Assembly (NCBI GenBank): GCA_947623805.1
Contig: CANQHZ010000004.1
Span: 4,118 to 68,117, forward strand
Origin: an uncultured Lachnospiraceae bacterium
GTDB lineage: Bacteria > Bacillota > Clostridia > Lachnospirales > Lachnospiraceae
Direction: 5' to 3'
Length of the DNA stretch: 64,000 bases
A program made the position numbers and the translations under genes. Under the pieces are notes generated by a model, which saw only the letters and a program-made list of their open reading frames with translations, was not told where the DNA came from and made no database searches. Within the stretch, counting starts at the first letter, position 1, and the number at the start of each line of letters is the position of its first letter. Below are positions 49,747 to 61,159 of this stretch, in pieces.

Positions 49747-50039
49747 GTGAAATAATAGAAAAATATTATAAAGATAATAATGTGATGCCTATGCTTTTGC
49801 AGCAGAAATTAAGCAAATTTGAAAAACATAAAGATATTGAGAAGGAATTTGAATATTGGATTGAAAATGGGGAGTTTGTTTCTGGCAAGCCGATATTAAT
49901 AGAAGGATATACGGCAGAGAAATTGGCAGAAGTATCTAAATGTCTTGTTGGAGATGGTGCATTTGATATGCTAATAGAGCTGCGCGAAAATCCAAAGGCT
50001 GCCTTAAAAAAGATAGCAGATGGGTTTAAGATGAAATAA
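49743..50039 (+). CDS. Small hypothetical protein, possible peptidase immunity/partner
   Basis: 4-bp overlap with the peptidase gene. Confidence 0.7.
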   Translation: MSEIIEKYYKDNNVMPMLLQQKLSKFEKHKDIEKEFEYWIENGEFVSGKPILIEGYTAEKLAEVSKCLVGDGAFDMLIELRENPKAALKKIADGFKMK

Positions 50040-50261
50040 AAACTATATAGTACAATTTTAAAGATAGAGAATCAGAAAAATGATTATTCAAACAGCACAT
50101 AAAACAACCCATTAAACAGCACATTGAAGGTGTAGTCTGCCAAAAGTCTTAAAATCAAAAGTATTATCATCAAGTACAGAGATAAATATACATTGACTAT
50201 TATGTAGTTTCGTTTGATTTGTATATAGCATATTAAAAAAATAATAGAATCATCACAAAGG

Positions 50262-50289
50262 TTGATTATACACAAAAATTGTGTATAAT
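50262..50289 (+). promoter_or_regulatory. hicAB-1 promoter with overlapping palindromic operator
   Basis: TTGATT-N16-TATAAT (TG-extended); attatacacaa-aaa-ttgtgtataat palindrome at 50265-50289. Confidence 0.75.
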
Positions 50290-50315
50290 AATATTAAACG
50301 GAGGAATGGCAACTA

Positions 50316-50489
50316 GTGAAGCAAAGAGATTTAATAAACAAATTGCAAGCTGTCGGCTTTGAGTTCGAGCGTCACGGTGGCAACCACGACATATACAGGC
50401 GAGGAAATGATATAGAAAAAGTTCCAAGGCATAAGGAAATTAATGAAAATTTAGCCAAGATGATACTCAGAAAATGGAATATATTATAA
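50316..50489 (+). CDS. hicA: HicA-family mRNA interferase toxin (57 aa)
   Basis: Not in the ORF track. GTG start with SD GGAGG: MKQRDLINKLQAVGFEFERHGGNHDIYRRGNDIEKVPRHKEI... Confidence 0.88.
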   Translation: MKQRDLINKLQAVGFEFERHGGNHDIYRRGNDIEKVPRHKEINENLAKMILRKWNIL

Positions 50490-50503
50490 GAGGTGAATCC
50501 AAA

Positions 50504-50947
50504 ATGAAACAAGCCTACCCAACATTTATATTAGACACAAAAGACAATTCCGAACATCCATTCCTCGTATGCGTACCTGACATGGAAATATTCACAGAAG
50601 GCGACAGCCTCGCCGACGCAATAGAAATGGCAAGAGACGCCATAGGCATTGCGGGCATTTCCATGGAAGACAATGGTGATGCTATTCCTTCGCCGTCATC
50701 ACAAGACACCGCTATTCTCAAAGCCAGGCAAAACACAGAAGTTGTTGATTTTTCCACAGGAATCATGACATACGTAGACGTTGACTTTTCAGAATACAGA
50801 AGAAAAACCGACACCAAAACAGTCAGAAGAAACGTCGCTCTCCCAAGCTGGCTCAACTACGAAGCGGAACACGCAGGAGTCAATGTTTCAAGAATATTGC
50901 AGGAGGCGCTTATAAATACCCTAGGTTTGGAAAAAAGGCATAGATAA
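50504..50947 (+). CDS. hicB: HicB-family antitoxin with C-terminal RHH
   Basis: AYPTF...VPD...TEGDSLADAIEMARDAI...VRRNVALPSWL. Confidence 0.9.
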   Translation: MKQAYPTFILDTKDNSEHPFLVCVPDMEIFTEGDSLADAIEMARDAIGIAGISMEDNGDAIPSPSSQDTAILKARQNTEVVDFSTGIMTYVDVDFSEYRRKTDTKTVRRNVALPSWLNYEAEHAGVNVSRILQEALINTLGLEKRHR

Positions 50948-51244
50948 ACATTTTCTGTTAAAGCATACTTTTAGTAAAAACAAAAAGGCATTATCTGTTT
51001 TTAAAAGCATCCTTGATAATAGCTAATATTAGACATGTAATAGTAGTAAAAACAATTACAAAACAACTAATTGTTTAAGCTGTTTCAACTGAAAAATGTT
51101 AAGGCGAGTATGCCTTGTAAACTTAAAGTATCGTAATTTTAAAGGGTTGCGGTACTTTTTTCATAAAAAAATGAAAACGGAAGCCAGCTCGTTTGTTTGC
51201 AGCATCGCTTATCAGAAAAAATACATATAATGCGCATAATTTGT

Positions 51245-51273
51245 TTGACAATGCGTATAATACGCAATATAAT
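51245..51273 (+). promoter_or_regulatory. hicAB-2 consensus sigma-A promoter with palindromic operator in the spacer
   Basis: TTGACA-N17-TATAAT; tgcgtat-a-atacgca at 51252-51266. Confidence 0.85.
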
Positions 51274-51323
51274 ATAATTAAGGACAAAAACAGAAGAAGC
51301 GGATAATTTTGGAGGCAAATGTA

Positions 51324-51506
51324 ATGAGGTTCAGGGAAGTTGATAAAATATTAAAAAAAGATGGATGGTATGAGGTAAAACAGAAAGGCTCACATCATCA
51401 GTACCTGCACCCAACAAAAGCTGGCAAAGTGACTGTGCCTGAACACGCAGGCAAGGATATACACCCAGACATTGTAAAATCAATAATGAATCAAGCGGGG
51501 CTATAA
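51324..51506 (+). CDS. hicA: HicA-family toxin (second copy, divergent)
   Basis: GWYEVKQKGSHHQYLHPTKAGKVTVPEH. Confidence 0.92.
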   Translation: MRFREVDKILKKDGWYEVKQKGSHHQYLHPTKAGKVTVPEHAGKDIHPDIVKSIMNQAGL

Positions 51507-51537
51507 AATTTGCCTATTAAAGAAAGGAGAGAATAAT

Positions 51538-51939
51538 ATGAAGTTAGTATATCCAGCAATACTAAAACCGTTTTCTGACGGTAGCGGAGGATATGTAGTG
51601 GAGTTTCCAGACTTGCCAGGGTGCGTGACGGGAGGAGACAGCTTAGAAGAAGCCATTGAAATGGGAATTGACGCGGCAAGCGGCTGGATTCTGGGAGAGC
51701 TAGAGGAGGGGAGAAAAATTCCCGATGCAACTCCATATAATAGCGTATTAACAGAGGAAGGAAATATGGTAAATTTAATCCTGATTGACATTGATAGCTA
51801 TGCTGAAAAGTATGGTGATAAGGCAGTGAGAAAGAACCTGACAATTCCTGCATGGCTCAATACTTTTGCTGAAAAAAATAATATTAATTTCTCTAAAATT
51901 TTACAAGAGGCATTATTCTCGATAGCGCAAACGAAATAA
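51538..51939 (+). CDS. hicB: HicB-family antitoxin (second copy)
   Basis: YPAI...FPDLPGCVTGG...VRKNLTIPAWL. Confidence 0.92.
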   Translation: MKLVYPAILKPFSDGSGGYVVEFPDLPGCVTGGDSLEEAIEMGIDAASGWILGELEEGRKIPDATPYNSVLTEEGNMVNLILIDIDSYAEKYGDKAVRKNLTIPAWLNTFAEKNNINFSKILQEALFSIAQTK

Positions 51940-51948
51940 ATATGAATC

Positions 51949-52104
51949 ATGACCTACGTAGACGTTGACTTTTCAGAATACAGAAGAAGAAACGTCGCTC
52001 TCCCAAGCTGGCTCAACTACGAGGCGGAACACGCAGGAGTCAATGTTTCAAGAATATTGCAAGAGGCGCTTATAAATGCCCTGGGTTTGGAAAAAAGAGC
52101 ATAG
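51949..52104 (+). pseudogene. Duplicated 3' end of hicB-1 (RHH only) with a 24-bp in-frame deletion
   Basis: Near-identical direct repeat of about 50761-50944; open as a 51-aa ORF MTYVDVDFSEYRRRNVALPSW... Confidence 0.85.
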
Positions 52105-52146
52105 ATGAATTATGCAGTAATGAGGATTAAGGAGGTTTTCCAAATA

Positions 52147-52755
52147 ATGGCTGACAATAAAAAATTTCCCCTAACAGATGAAGAAAGATGCATAGATCCA
52201 TTTGCAGAATACCTCACATCCTCAGAGCCAGGCAAAGCCATTAAAACATATGCATGGCAGACAGCAATCGGTCTACAGGATGTAGACAAACTGCAACCAT
52301 CCGAATACCTCATTAACACAGCCAAGGAGAACATTGAAGGCAGCATCAGCATTGAAGAAGCCAGACAACGCATAGAAAGCTACTATGAGGAGAATAAAAC
52401 CCATCAGCCAGAGCGCACAGAGGAGGCAGACAAGGTTTCCGTCAGAATAGCGGAAATCCTATCAGAAAATTCGTTTGTATTTTCCATTAATAAACAGCCC
52501 ATTAAACAGCTCATTGAAAAGCCCAGCCTGTCAGAAATCCTTGAAACTAAAGCGATATCATCAAGAACAAAAGCAAACATATTCAGACTATATGATATAT
52601 TCGGCAGCGAAAAGGTATTTGGGCGCAGTGATGTCTTAGAAGCGCTGACAATTACTGAACGCCCTGCGACAGCACTAATCAGCAGGCTGTATGAGCTTGG
52701 GCTTACTGAACGCATCACAGGCGCAGGAAAGGGAAAATACAGATTCATTATTTAA
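52147..52755 (+). pseudogene. Fic-family gene lacking its catalytic Fic core (VbhA-like N-terminus fused to C-terminal wHTH)
   Basis: AWQTAIGLQDVD...EEADKVS.RIAEILSE N-terminus and FGRSDV...GKGKYRF C-terminus, with no HPFxxGNxR motif. Confidence 0.65.
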
Positions 52756-53007
52756 TAGCAATTAATTACACCTTTGAGCCTGAAAAACTCGGCATAATTA
52801 ATATTTCGGCAAATGCAAAAAACAAAGCATAGCCGAAATATTTTTGCCTGTCAAAAAATTTTTTCGGCTAAAATGTAATCCCAGTCCAAAATAGCCGAAG
52901 AAAAACAAAATTTAAAAGAAATCCATAAAATTTCCAGTCAATCCTCAATCCCTAAACAATAAATAAAAAAATCTTAAATAAAAATTACAGAAATATCAGA
53001 CAATAAC

Positions 53008-53036
53008 TAGACAGAATTGCCAATTTTTTGTATAAT
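53008..53036 (+). promoter_or_regulatory. Sigma-A promoter of the atp operon
   Basis: TAGACA-N17-TATAAT with TG extension. Confidence 0.7.
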
Positions 53037-53152
53037 AATAGTCGGGCATTATAAAGATTGAACATAAAAGCGGCAATATGTGCCCGATGCAAGCCATATC
53101 ACGCGGCATCAGGCCATATCATCCCGCCGTACACATAGCACGGAGGCGCAGA

Positions 53153-53392
53153 ATGGGCAAAAAGAAAAAATACGGCAGGTCAGTTTATCAGGCAATGACA
53201 GTCATCACCCAGTTTGGCATCAATATGCTGGTTCCAATCTTTTTATGCGCATATGCGGGCTGGTATCTTGACAAGAGGTTCCACACCGCGTTTTGGTTTG
53301 TCCTGCTTTTCTTTGTCGGCGCGCTTGCGGGCTTTAGGAACATATTCGTCCTGGCAAAGAAAATATACGAGCACAAGGATGGGGAAGATTAG
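53153..53392 (+). CDS. AtpZ/AtpI-family small membrane protein
   Basis: ITQFGINMLVPI...GWYLD...LAGFRN; first gene of the atp operon. Confidence 0.85.
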   Translation: MGKKKKYGRSVYQAMTVITQFGINMLVPIFLCAYAGWYLDKRFHTAFWFVLLFFVGALAGFRNIFVLAKKIYEHKDGED

Positions 53393-53816
53393 CGTGACGC
53401 GGCTTTTTTCAAGAATATCAAAGATAAACACAGCTCTGCCGCTTCTGCTTGTCGGCATAGTGCTTTTCGGGGCGCTCTGCCAGATAGCGGGCATATTCCT
53501 TGCATCGGACAAGGCAGACTACAGCATAGGGCTCTGGATAGGAGTTCTCACAGCGGTTTGTATGGCATTCCATATGGCAGTGTCATTAAACAGCGTTGTC
53601 GAGAGAGATGTAAAGGGGGCGCAGGCGGCAGCAACGGTAAACAACATCATCAGGTATCTGATAGCCATTGTCGTGCTTGCTATACTGGCATTGACGCATA
53701 TAGGCAATCCACTCGCGGCATTTGCGGGCATCATGGGACTGAAAGTGTCGGCGTATATGCAGCCGTTTCTGGTGAAGCTGTTTCATCGCTGTGACAGTGA
53801 CAAAAAAGAAAACTGA
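53379..53816 (+). CDS. atpI: ATP synthase protein I
   Basis: Four TM helices, NPLAAFAGIMGLK; directly upstream of atpB. Confidence 0.75.
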   Translation: MGKISVTRLFSRISKINTALPLLLVGIVLFGALCQIAGIFLASDKADYSIGLWIGVLTAVCMAFHMAVSLNSVVERDVKGAQAAATVNNIIRYLIAIVVLAILALTHIGNPLAAFAGIMGLKVSAYMQPFLVKLFHRCDSDKKEN

Positions 53817-53843
53817 ATATATTAATGAATAAAAAATAAGGAG

Positions 53844-54596
53844 GTGAAGTTTATGGAAGCAGGATTTTTACAATACGGATTTTTGCTGTCCGACGCAGGC
53901 ATCGACTTTATGGTCCACGGCGTTTTCCAGTATTCGCTGTTTGGCCAGAAAGTATGGATAACAACTACTCACGTGTGCCTGTTCATAGTCATGCTGATAA
54001 TATGCATCTTCTGCCTGTGCGCAAACAGAGCCATCAAGCACGCGACAGAAGTACCCGGAGCCTTCCAGAACGTGGTGGAGCTTGTCGTTGAAATGCTCGA
54101 CAAGATGATTGCCGGCGTAATGGGCAAGAGGGCAAAGCCGTTTGCCAACTATATCGGCATACTGTTCATCTTTATTCTGCTGAGCAATATATCGGGACTG
54201 TTCGGCTTGCGTCCGCCTACGGCTGATTACGGCACGACCTTGGCGCTTGGACTTATCACATTTACTCTGATTCATGTGACGCAGTTTCGCAACAATTCGC
54301 TCAAAAGCATCTGGGTTGATATGTGCTCACCGCTGCCGCCGTGGCTTCCGATATGGTTTCCGATAAACCTGATAAGCGAGATAGCCGTACCGATATCGCT
54401 GTCGCTTCGTTTGTTTGCAAACGTCTTATCAGGCACGATTATGATGGCGCTTATTTACGGTCTGCTTGGCATTATAGCTACAGCGTGGCCCGCGGCTCTG
54501 CATGTTTATTTTGACCTGTTTTCAGGCGCAATCCAAACCTATGTATTCTGTATGCTGACGATGACGTATATCACAAACGCTTATCCGTCAGATTGA
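53844..54596 (+). CDS. atpB: F0 subunit a
   Basis: RPPTAD, SLSLRLFAN, IQTYVFCMLT. Confidence 0.96.
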   Translation: MKFMEAGFLQYGFLLSDAGIDFMVHGVFQYSLFGQKVWITTTHVCLFIVMLIICIFCLCANRAIKHATEVPGAFQNVVELVVEMLDKMIAGVMGKRAKPFANYIGILFIFILLSNISGLFGLRPPTADYGTTLALGLITFTLIHVTQFRNNSLKSIWVDMCSPLPPWLPIWFPINLISEIAVPISLSLRLFANVLSGTIMMALIYGLLGIIATAWPAALHVYFDLFSGAIQTYVFCMLTMTYITNAYPSD

Positions 54597-54626
54597 CAGA
54601 CTAAATTAATTTTTATTTAAAACTAG

Positions 54627-54893
<267 letters not shown>

Positions 54894-54930
54894 TTAAAAA
54901 GATAAAGATACAGGAAAGGAGGCTAAAGGT

Positions 54931-55473
54931 ATGATACTTGCTACAGAAACAGAGGGCCTGAGCCGTTTGTTTGACCTTGACCTTCAGCTCTTGGCAGATG
55001 CGGGGCTTATGATTATAGCGATGTTCTTCCTTTTCATGTTTGCGTCGCACTTCTTATTTAATCCGGTAAGAAAGCTGTTGAGTGACAGGCAGGAAAAGAT
55101 TAAGACAGAGCTTGACCAGGCGGCGAGCGACCAGAAATCGGCCGCCGAGACACGCGCCCTCTATGAAGAAAAGCTAAAGCAGGTAGACAAGGAGGCGGAG
55201 GCAATTCTTGCCAACGCGCGCAAACGCGGCATGGAAAATCAGGCTGAGATTGTAGCGCAGGCAAAGGAGGAGGCCGCAAAGATTATAGACAGAGCCAGAG
55301 TGGAGGCAGAGCTTGAAAAGCAGAAGCTTACCGATGAGGTTAAGCGCGAGATGATAGCCGTAGCGTCCGTGATGGCGGCTAAAATCGTTCAGGCAAATAT
55401 TGACACAAACGCTCAGCATCAACTCATTGAGGATACTTTGAAAGAAATAGGTGATAGCACATGGCTAAGCTAG
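54931..55473 (+). CDS. atpF: F0 subunit b
   Basis: N-terminal TM, then LFNPVRKLL..RQEKI coiled coil. Confidence 0.93.
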   Translation: MILATETEGLSRLFDLDLQLLADAGLMIIAMFFLFMFASHFLFNPVRKLLSDRQEKIKTELDQAASDQKSAAETRALYEEKLKQVDKEAEAILANARKRGMENQAEIVAQAKEEAAKIIDRARVEAELEKQKLTDEVKREMIAVASVMAAKIVQANIDTNAQHQLIEDTLKEIGDSTWLS

Positions 55474-56006
55474 TTTCCAAAACATATGCCCAAGCGCTTT
55501 TTGAGCTGGCTGTCGAGGAAAATGCTGCTGCAAAAGTGTTGGAGGAGGTCACGGCGCTGCTCGATACAATCCGTCAGAATGAGGAGTTTGGCAGGTTTAT
55601 GAATCACCCCAAAATCCCCAAAGACGATAAGCTCCAGGTAGTCAAGAATGTTTTTGAGGGCAGATTGAGCAAAGAGCTGATTGGCTTTCTCGTCACCATC
55701 ATTGAAAAAGACAGGTACAGCGAGATTGAGGCAATACTTCTTGAAGTCATCGCAAGCATCAAGGAGTACAACAAAATCGGCACAGCCTATGTCACGACGG
55801 CGATAGCGCTTGAGGAAAAGGAAAAAAATGATATCGAACAGCGTCTGCTTGCTACCACCAAATATGATACGATCGAGTGCAGCTACAAGGTAGATAAGGA
55901 CTTGATCGGAGGCATGGTTATCCAGATGGGTGACAAGGTTGTGGACAGCAGCATACGCACTAAGCTAAACAAGCTGGAGCGCGAGCTTTTGGCAATTCAG
56001 ATGTAG
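55461..56006 (+). CDS. atpH: F1 subunit delta
   Basis: YAQALFELA, VDKDLIGG, VDSSIRTKL. Confidence 0.95.
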   Translation: MAKLVSKTYAQALFELAVEENAAAKVLEEVTALLDTIRQNEEFGRFMNHPKIPKDDKLQVVKNVFEGRLSKELIGFLVTIIEKDRYSEIEAILLEVIASIKEYNKIGTAYVTTAIALEEKEKNDIEQRLLATTKYDTIECSYKVDKDLIGGMVIQMGDKVVDSSIRTKLNKLERELLAIQM

Positions 56007-56115
56007 TTCATGGCGATGGAAAACCTGCAGGATGCGTTTTCCGTTGTCGGCACGGACAGTTCGGCAGTCTGTCTGAGCTGTCATAAAAATAGTAACAAGA
56101 AAGGTGCATATCAAT

Positions 56116-57621
56116 ATGAATTTAAGACCGGAAGAAATAAGTTCTGTGATTAAAGAGCAGATTAAAAGATATGCCGCTGATTTGGAGGTATCAGAGGTTG
56201 GTACTGTCATTCAGGTGGCAGATGGTATTGCACGTGTACATGGGCTTGAAAAAGCGATGCAGGGCGAGCTCCTCGAGTTCCCGGGCGAGGTTTACGGCAT
56301 GGTCATGAACCTCGAGGAGGACAACGTAGGCGCCGTTTTGCTGGGCAATTCAAAAAACATAAACGAGGGCGATACCGTAAAGACTACAGGGCGAGTGGTT
56401 GAAGTTCCCGTAGGCGACGCAATGCTCGGACGTGTAGTAAATTCTCTCGGACAGCCGATAGACGGCAAAGGCCCTATAAATACGGACAAATACCGTCAGA
56501 TAGAGAGAGTGGCATCAGGCGTTATCACGAGAAAATCAGTAGATACGCCGCTGCAGACTGGTATTAAGGCTATTGATGCGATGGTTCCCATCGGTAGAGG
56601 ACAGCGTGAGCTGATTATCGGCGACCGCCAGACCGGTAAGACGGCGATAGCTATAGACACCATAATCAATCAAAAAGGACAGAAGGTTAAGTGCATATAT
56701 GTCGCAATCGGACAGAAAGCTTCTACGGTTGCGAGCATAGTTAAGACACTCGAGGAGGCGGGCGCTATGGCGTACACCACGGTAGTAGCTTCCACAGCGA
56801 GCGAGCTTGCACCGTTACAGTATATCGCGCCATATGCAGGATGCGCTATCGGCGAGGAGTGGATGGAGAACGGCGAAGACGTGCTCATTATATATGATGA
56901 TTTGAGTAAGCATGCTACGGCATACCGTACACTCTCATTGCTTCTGAGGCGTCCGCCCGGCAGAGAGGCTTACCCTGGAGATGTATTCTATCTTCATTCA
57001 AGGCTTCTCGAGAGAGCAGCGCGTATGAGCGAGGAATACGGCGGAGGTTCTATTACGGCGCTTCCTATCATTGAGACACAGGCGGGCGACGTTTCCGCGT
57101 ACATCCCGACAAACGTTATTTCGATTACAGACGGACAGATTTACCTCGAGACAGAAATGTTTAACTCAGGCTTTAGACCTGCCGTAAACGCGGGCTTGTC
57201 AGTTTCGCGAGTTGGTGGTTCGGCGCAGATTAAGGCGATGAAGAAAATCGCAGCGCCTATCCGAGTAGAGCTTGCCCAGTATAGAGAGCTTGCAAGCTTT
57301 GCACAGTTCGGCTCAGAGCTTGATGCCGATACAAAGGAAAAGCTAGAGCAGGGCGTCAGAATCAAAGAGGTATTGAAGCAGCCGCAGTATAAGCCGATGC
57401 CTGTAGAGTATCAGGTTATCATCTTATTTGTAGCTACAAGGAAATATCTGCTCGACATACCGGTAGAGGATATTACCAGATTTGAGACAGAGCTGTTTGA
57501 GTTCTTGGATACAAAGTATGCTCAGATACCTCGCGCAATTAAGGAAACACAGGTAATCTCCGACGAGACGGAAAAAGAGCTTATTTCAGCTATAGAGGAA
57601 TTTAAAGGACGCTTTAAATAA
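56116..57621 (+). CDS. atpA: F1 subunit alpha
   Basis: [29 protein letters not shown]. Confidence 0.99.
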   Translation: MNLRPEEISSVIKEQIKRYAADLEVSEVGTVIQVADGIARVHGLEKAMQGELLEFPGEVYGMVMNLEEDNVGAVLLGNSKNINEGDTVKTTGRVVEVPVGDAMLGRVVNSLGQPIDGKGPINTDKYRQIERVASGVITRKSVDTPLQTGIKAIDAMVPIGRGQRELIIGDRQTGKTAIAIDTIINQKGQKVKCIYVAIGQKASTVASIVKTLEEAGAMAYTTVVASTASELAPLQYIAPYAGCAIGEEWMENGEDVLIIYDDLSKHATAYRTLSLLLRRPPGREAYPGDVFYLHSRLLERAARMSEEYGGGSITALPIIETQAGDVSAYIPTNVISITDGQIYLETEMFNSGFRPAVNAGLSVSRVGGSAQIKAMKKIAAPIRVELAQYRELASFAQFGSELDADTKEKLEQGVRIKEVLKQPQYKPMPVEYQVIILFVATRKYLLDIPVEDITRFETELFEFLDTKYAQIPRAIKETQVISDETEKELISAIEEFKGRFK

Positions 57622-57652
57622 GAGGTGTTCCGTATAAGAAAGGAGTTTTCAT

Positions 57653-58507
57653 ATGGCCTCAATGAGAGATATTAAAAGGCGTAGAGGCTCCGTACAGAGT
57701 ACGCAGCAGATTACCAAGGCCATGAAGCTTGTTTCCACAGTCAAACTGCAGAGAGCCAAGGGGCGCGCGGAGAGGTCCAAGACGTACTTTAAATGTATGT
57801 ATGACACAGTGGTTTCTATGCTTTCTAAAGCGGGAGAGATTAATCACCCTTATCTAAAAGCGGGCGAGTCGGCAAAGAAGGCGGTAATAGTGATTACAGC
57901 CAACAGAGGACTTGCGGGCGGCTATAATTCCAACATTGTTAAGCTTGTCAAAAACAATGAGGATTGGAAAAAAGAGGATTTGATAATCTATCCTATAGGC
58001 AGCAAGGGCCGAGACGCTTTTGCGAGGGCAGGCTACGAGCTTGGCACGGATTACTCCGATGCTATTGAGGAGCCTATCTACGTAGATGCTATGAAAATCA
58101 GCCAGCAGGTGCTTGACGACTTTTCACAGGGCAGAGTGGGCGAGATTTATATTGCTTATACAGGTTTCAAGAATACAGTCACACATATACCTACCTTGTT
58201 GAAACTACTTCCTATAAAATTAGAGGATGAGCGCACGGCGGAGGACAAAGCTGTATTGGATTTTGAGCCTGAGACGGAGGAAGCAGTCGAGCTGATTATA
58301 CCGAAGTATATCACAAGCCTGATTTACGGCGCGATGATAGAGTCGGTTGCCAGCGAGAACGGCGCGCGTATGCAGGCGATGGATTCAGCTACGAGCAACG
58401 CAGAGGAAATGATTGATAAGCTGTCATTACTCTACAACAGAGCGCGTCAGAGCTCTATTACACAAGAATTAACGGAAATTATCGCAGGCGCGGAAGCTAT
58501 TTCATAG
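57653..58507 (+). CDS. atpG: F1 subunit gamma
   Basis: ITKAMKLVS, RGLAGGYN, RQSSITQELTEI. Confidence 0.98.
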   Translation: MASMRDIKRRRGSVQSTQQITKAMKLVSTVKLQRAKGRAERSKTYFKCMYDTVVSMLSKAGEINHPYLKAGESAKKAVIVITANRGLAGGYNSNIVKLVKNNEDWKKEDLIIYPIGSKGRDAFARAGYELGTDYSDAIEEPIYVDAMKISQQVLDDFSQGRVGEIYIAYTGFKNTVTHIPTLLKLLPIKLEDERTAEDKAVLDFEPETEEAVELIIPKYITSLIYGAMIESVASENGARMQAMDSATSNAEEMIDKLSLLYNRARQSSITQELTEIIAGAEAIS

Positions 58508-58555
58508 TGTGCGGTATTTAAAGATGTTAGGAATTAGCGGATTTAAAAATTTTAA

Positions 58556-59968
<1,413 letters not shown>

Positions 59969-59999
59969 TCGTCATAATTAGAAAGGCATGGTTATCAAG

Positions 60000-60401
60000 A
60001 TGGCAGAGAGATTTAAACTTACGATTGTGACGCCCGACCGTGAATTTTACAGTGATGATGCGGATATGGTTGAGTTCAATACGACCGAGGGTGAAATCGG
60101 TATCTATCAAGGTCATGCACCGTTGACGGTTATCGTAAAACCCGGCATTTTGACTATAACGCAGGGCGAAACAGTTAAAAACGCGGCGCTGCACGCAGGC
60201 TTTGTCCAGATATTGCCCGAGGAAGTGACAATCCTTGCGGAAATAATAGAGTGGCCGAGTGAGATTGACGAGCAGCGCGCAGTGGCAGCAAAAGAGAGAG
60301 CGGAAAACAGGCTTAAAGACAGAAGCCACATAGACGTGGCGCGGGCGGAGGCGGCGCTTATGCGTTCAATCGCGCGCATCAATGCCGCAAAGCTGCAGTA
60401 G
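60000..60401 (+). CDS. atpC: F1 subunit epsilon
   Basis: IVTPD, GEIGIYQGHAP, ARAEAALMRS. Confidence 0.95.
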   Translation: MAERFKLTIVTPDREFYSDDADMVEFNTTEGEIGIYQGHAPLTVIVKPGILTITQGETVKNAALHAGFVQILPEEVTILAEIIEWPSEIDEQRAVAAKERAENRLKDRSHIDVARAEAALMRSIARINAAKLQ

Positions 60402-60514
60402 ACAGCAATCCGGCAGTATTAATCGCGGCAAAATAGCCGGTTGCAATGGTATTATTGTTCACAGACATAGAAGGAAACGCATATGATAATCATAAAAAGA
60501 GAAGGACTTGGATT

Positions 60515-60982
60515 ATGGATTATTATAGAGCGTTTCCTTTTTATTCGGGGTATCAGGGCTACAGCCGCTGGAGCAGCGCGCCTGAAGTGAATGAAGACAG
60601 AATAGCGGAGGACTTAGATTATCTGCGGCAGATGTATCCGTCATATGCCAAAAAGTACCAGAGCGTAATATCAAGCGCAGTCGACAAGATGGATTATGAC
60701 GGCAGCTTTATATACGACCAGTACCCCGATAAACTCACCATGCAACGTATGGTGACAGGCATAATGGCTGTTATCAAGACGAATGAGGAAAAAGACATTG
60801 AAAAGGAGAAAGAAAAAGCAGGCACTCCGGAAAGCGAAGATTGTGCCCATGAAAACATGACACAGAGCGAGTGCCGGCCGTGGACGGAAAAAGAGCCTTG
60901 GATAAAGGAACTCGTCACGCTTGTAATGTTTTACGAGATACTATGCAGGAGACGAAAGAAGCGGAGTTACTTTTTTACATAA
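60515..60982 (+). CDS. Hypothetical protein
   Basis: ORF with YLRQMYP...MDYDGSFIYDQYPD; start uncertain (60446 or 60515). Confidence 0.65.
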   Translation: MDYYRAFPFYSGYQGYSRWSSAPEVNEDRIAEDLDYLRQMYPSYAKKYQSVISSAVDKMDYDGSFIYDQYPDKLTMQRMVTGIMAVIKTNEEKDIEKEKEKAGTPESEDCAHENMTQSECRPWTEKEPWIKELVTLVMFYEILCRRRKKRSYFFT

Positions 60983-60997
60983 CAACCTATAATTAAA

Positions 60998-61029
60998 AAA
61001 TGCAACATTTTGTCTAAAATGTTGCATTT
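60998..61029. repeat. Left recombination-like site (14-bp arms, GTCT core)
   Basis: aaatgcaacatttt-gtct-aaaatgttgcattt; 30/32 identical to the reverse complement of 62018-62049. Confidence 0.88.
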
Positions 61030-61060
61030 TTTTAATATTGTTTTTGTTCTTACACCTTAT

Positions 61061-61087
61061 ATATCGGTCTTTATTCGGAATACTTTA
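61061..61087 (-). promoter_or_regulatory. Sigma-28 (SigD/FliA) promoter pointing leftward
   Basis: Minus strand TAAA-N15-ACCGATAT versus the B. subtilis SigD consensus TAAA-N14-16-GCCGATAT. Confidence 0.78.
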
Positions 61088-61159
61088 CCCCTTATTTAAA
61101 AATTTTTAATTTATTTTGAAAATTTCTAAGAATACCGCCCAAATTTTCACCAATACCTA

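Noticed and set aside
51060-51170. Possible sRNA (aaggc-gagtat-gcctt hairpin plus terminator-like aaagtatcgtaa...ttgcggtacttt)
   Set aside because: No convincing promoter was found; it may simply terminate hicAB-1.
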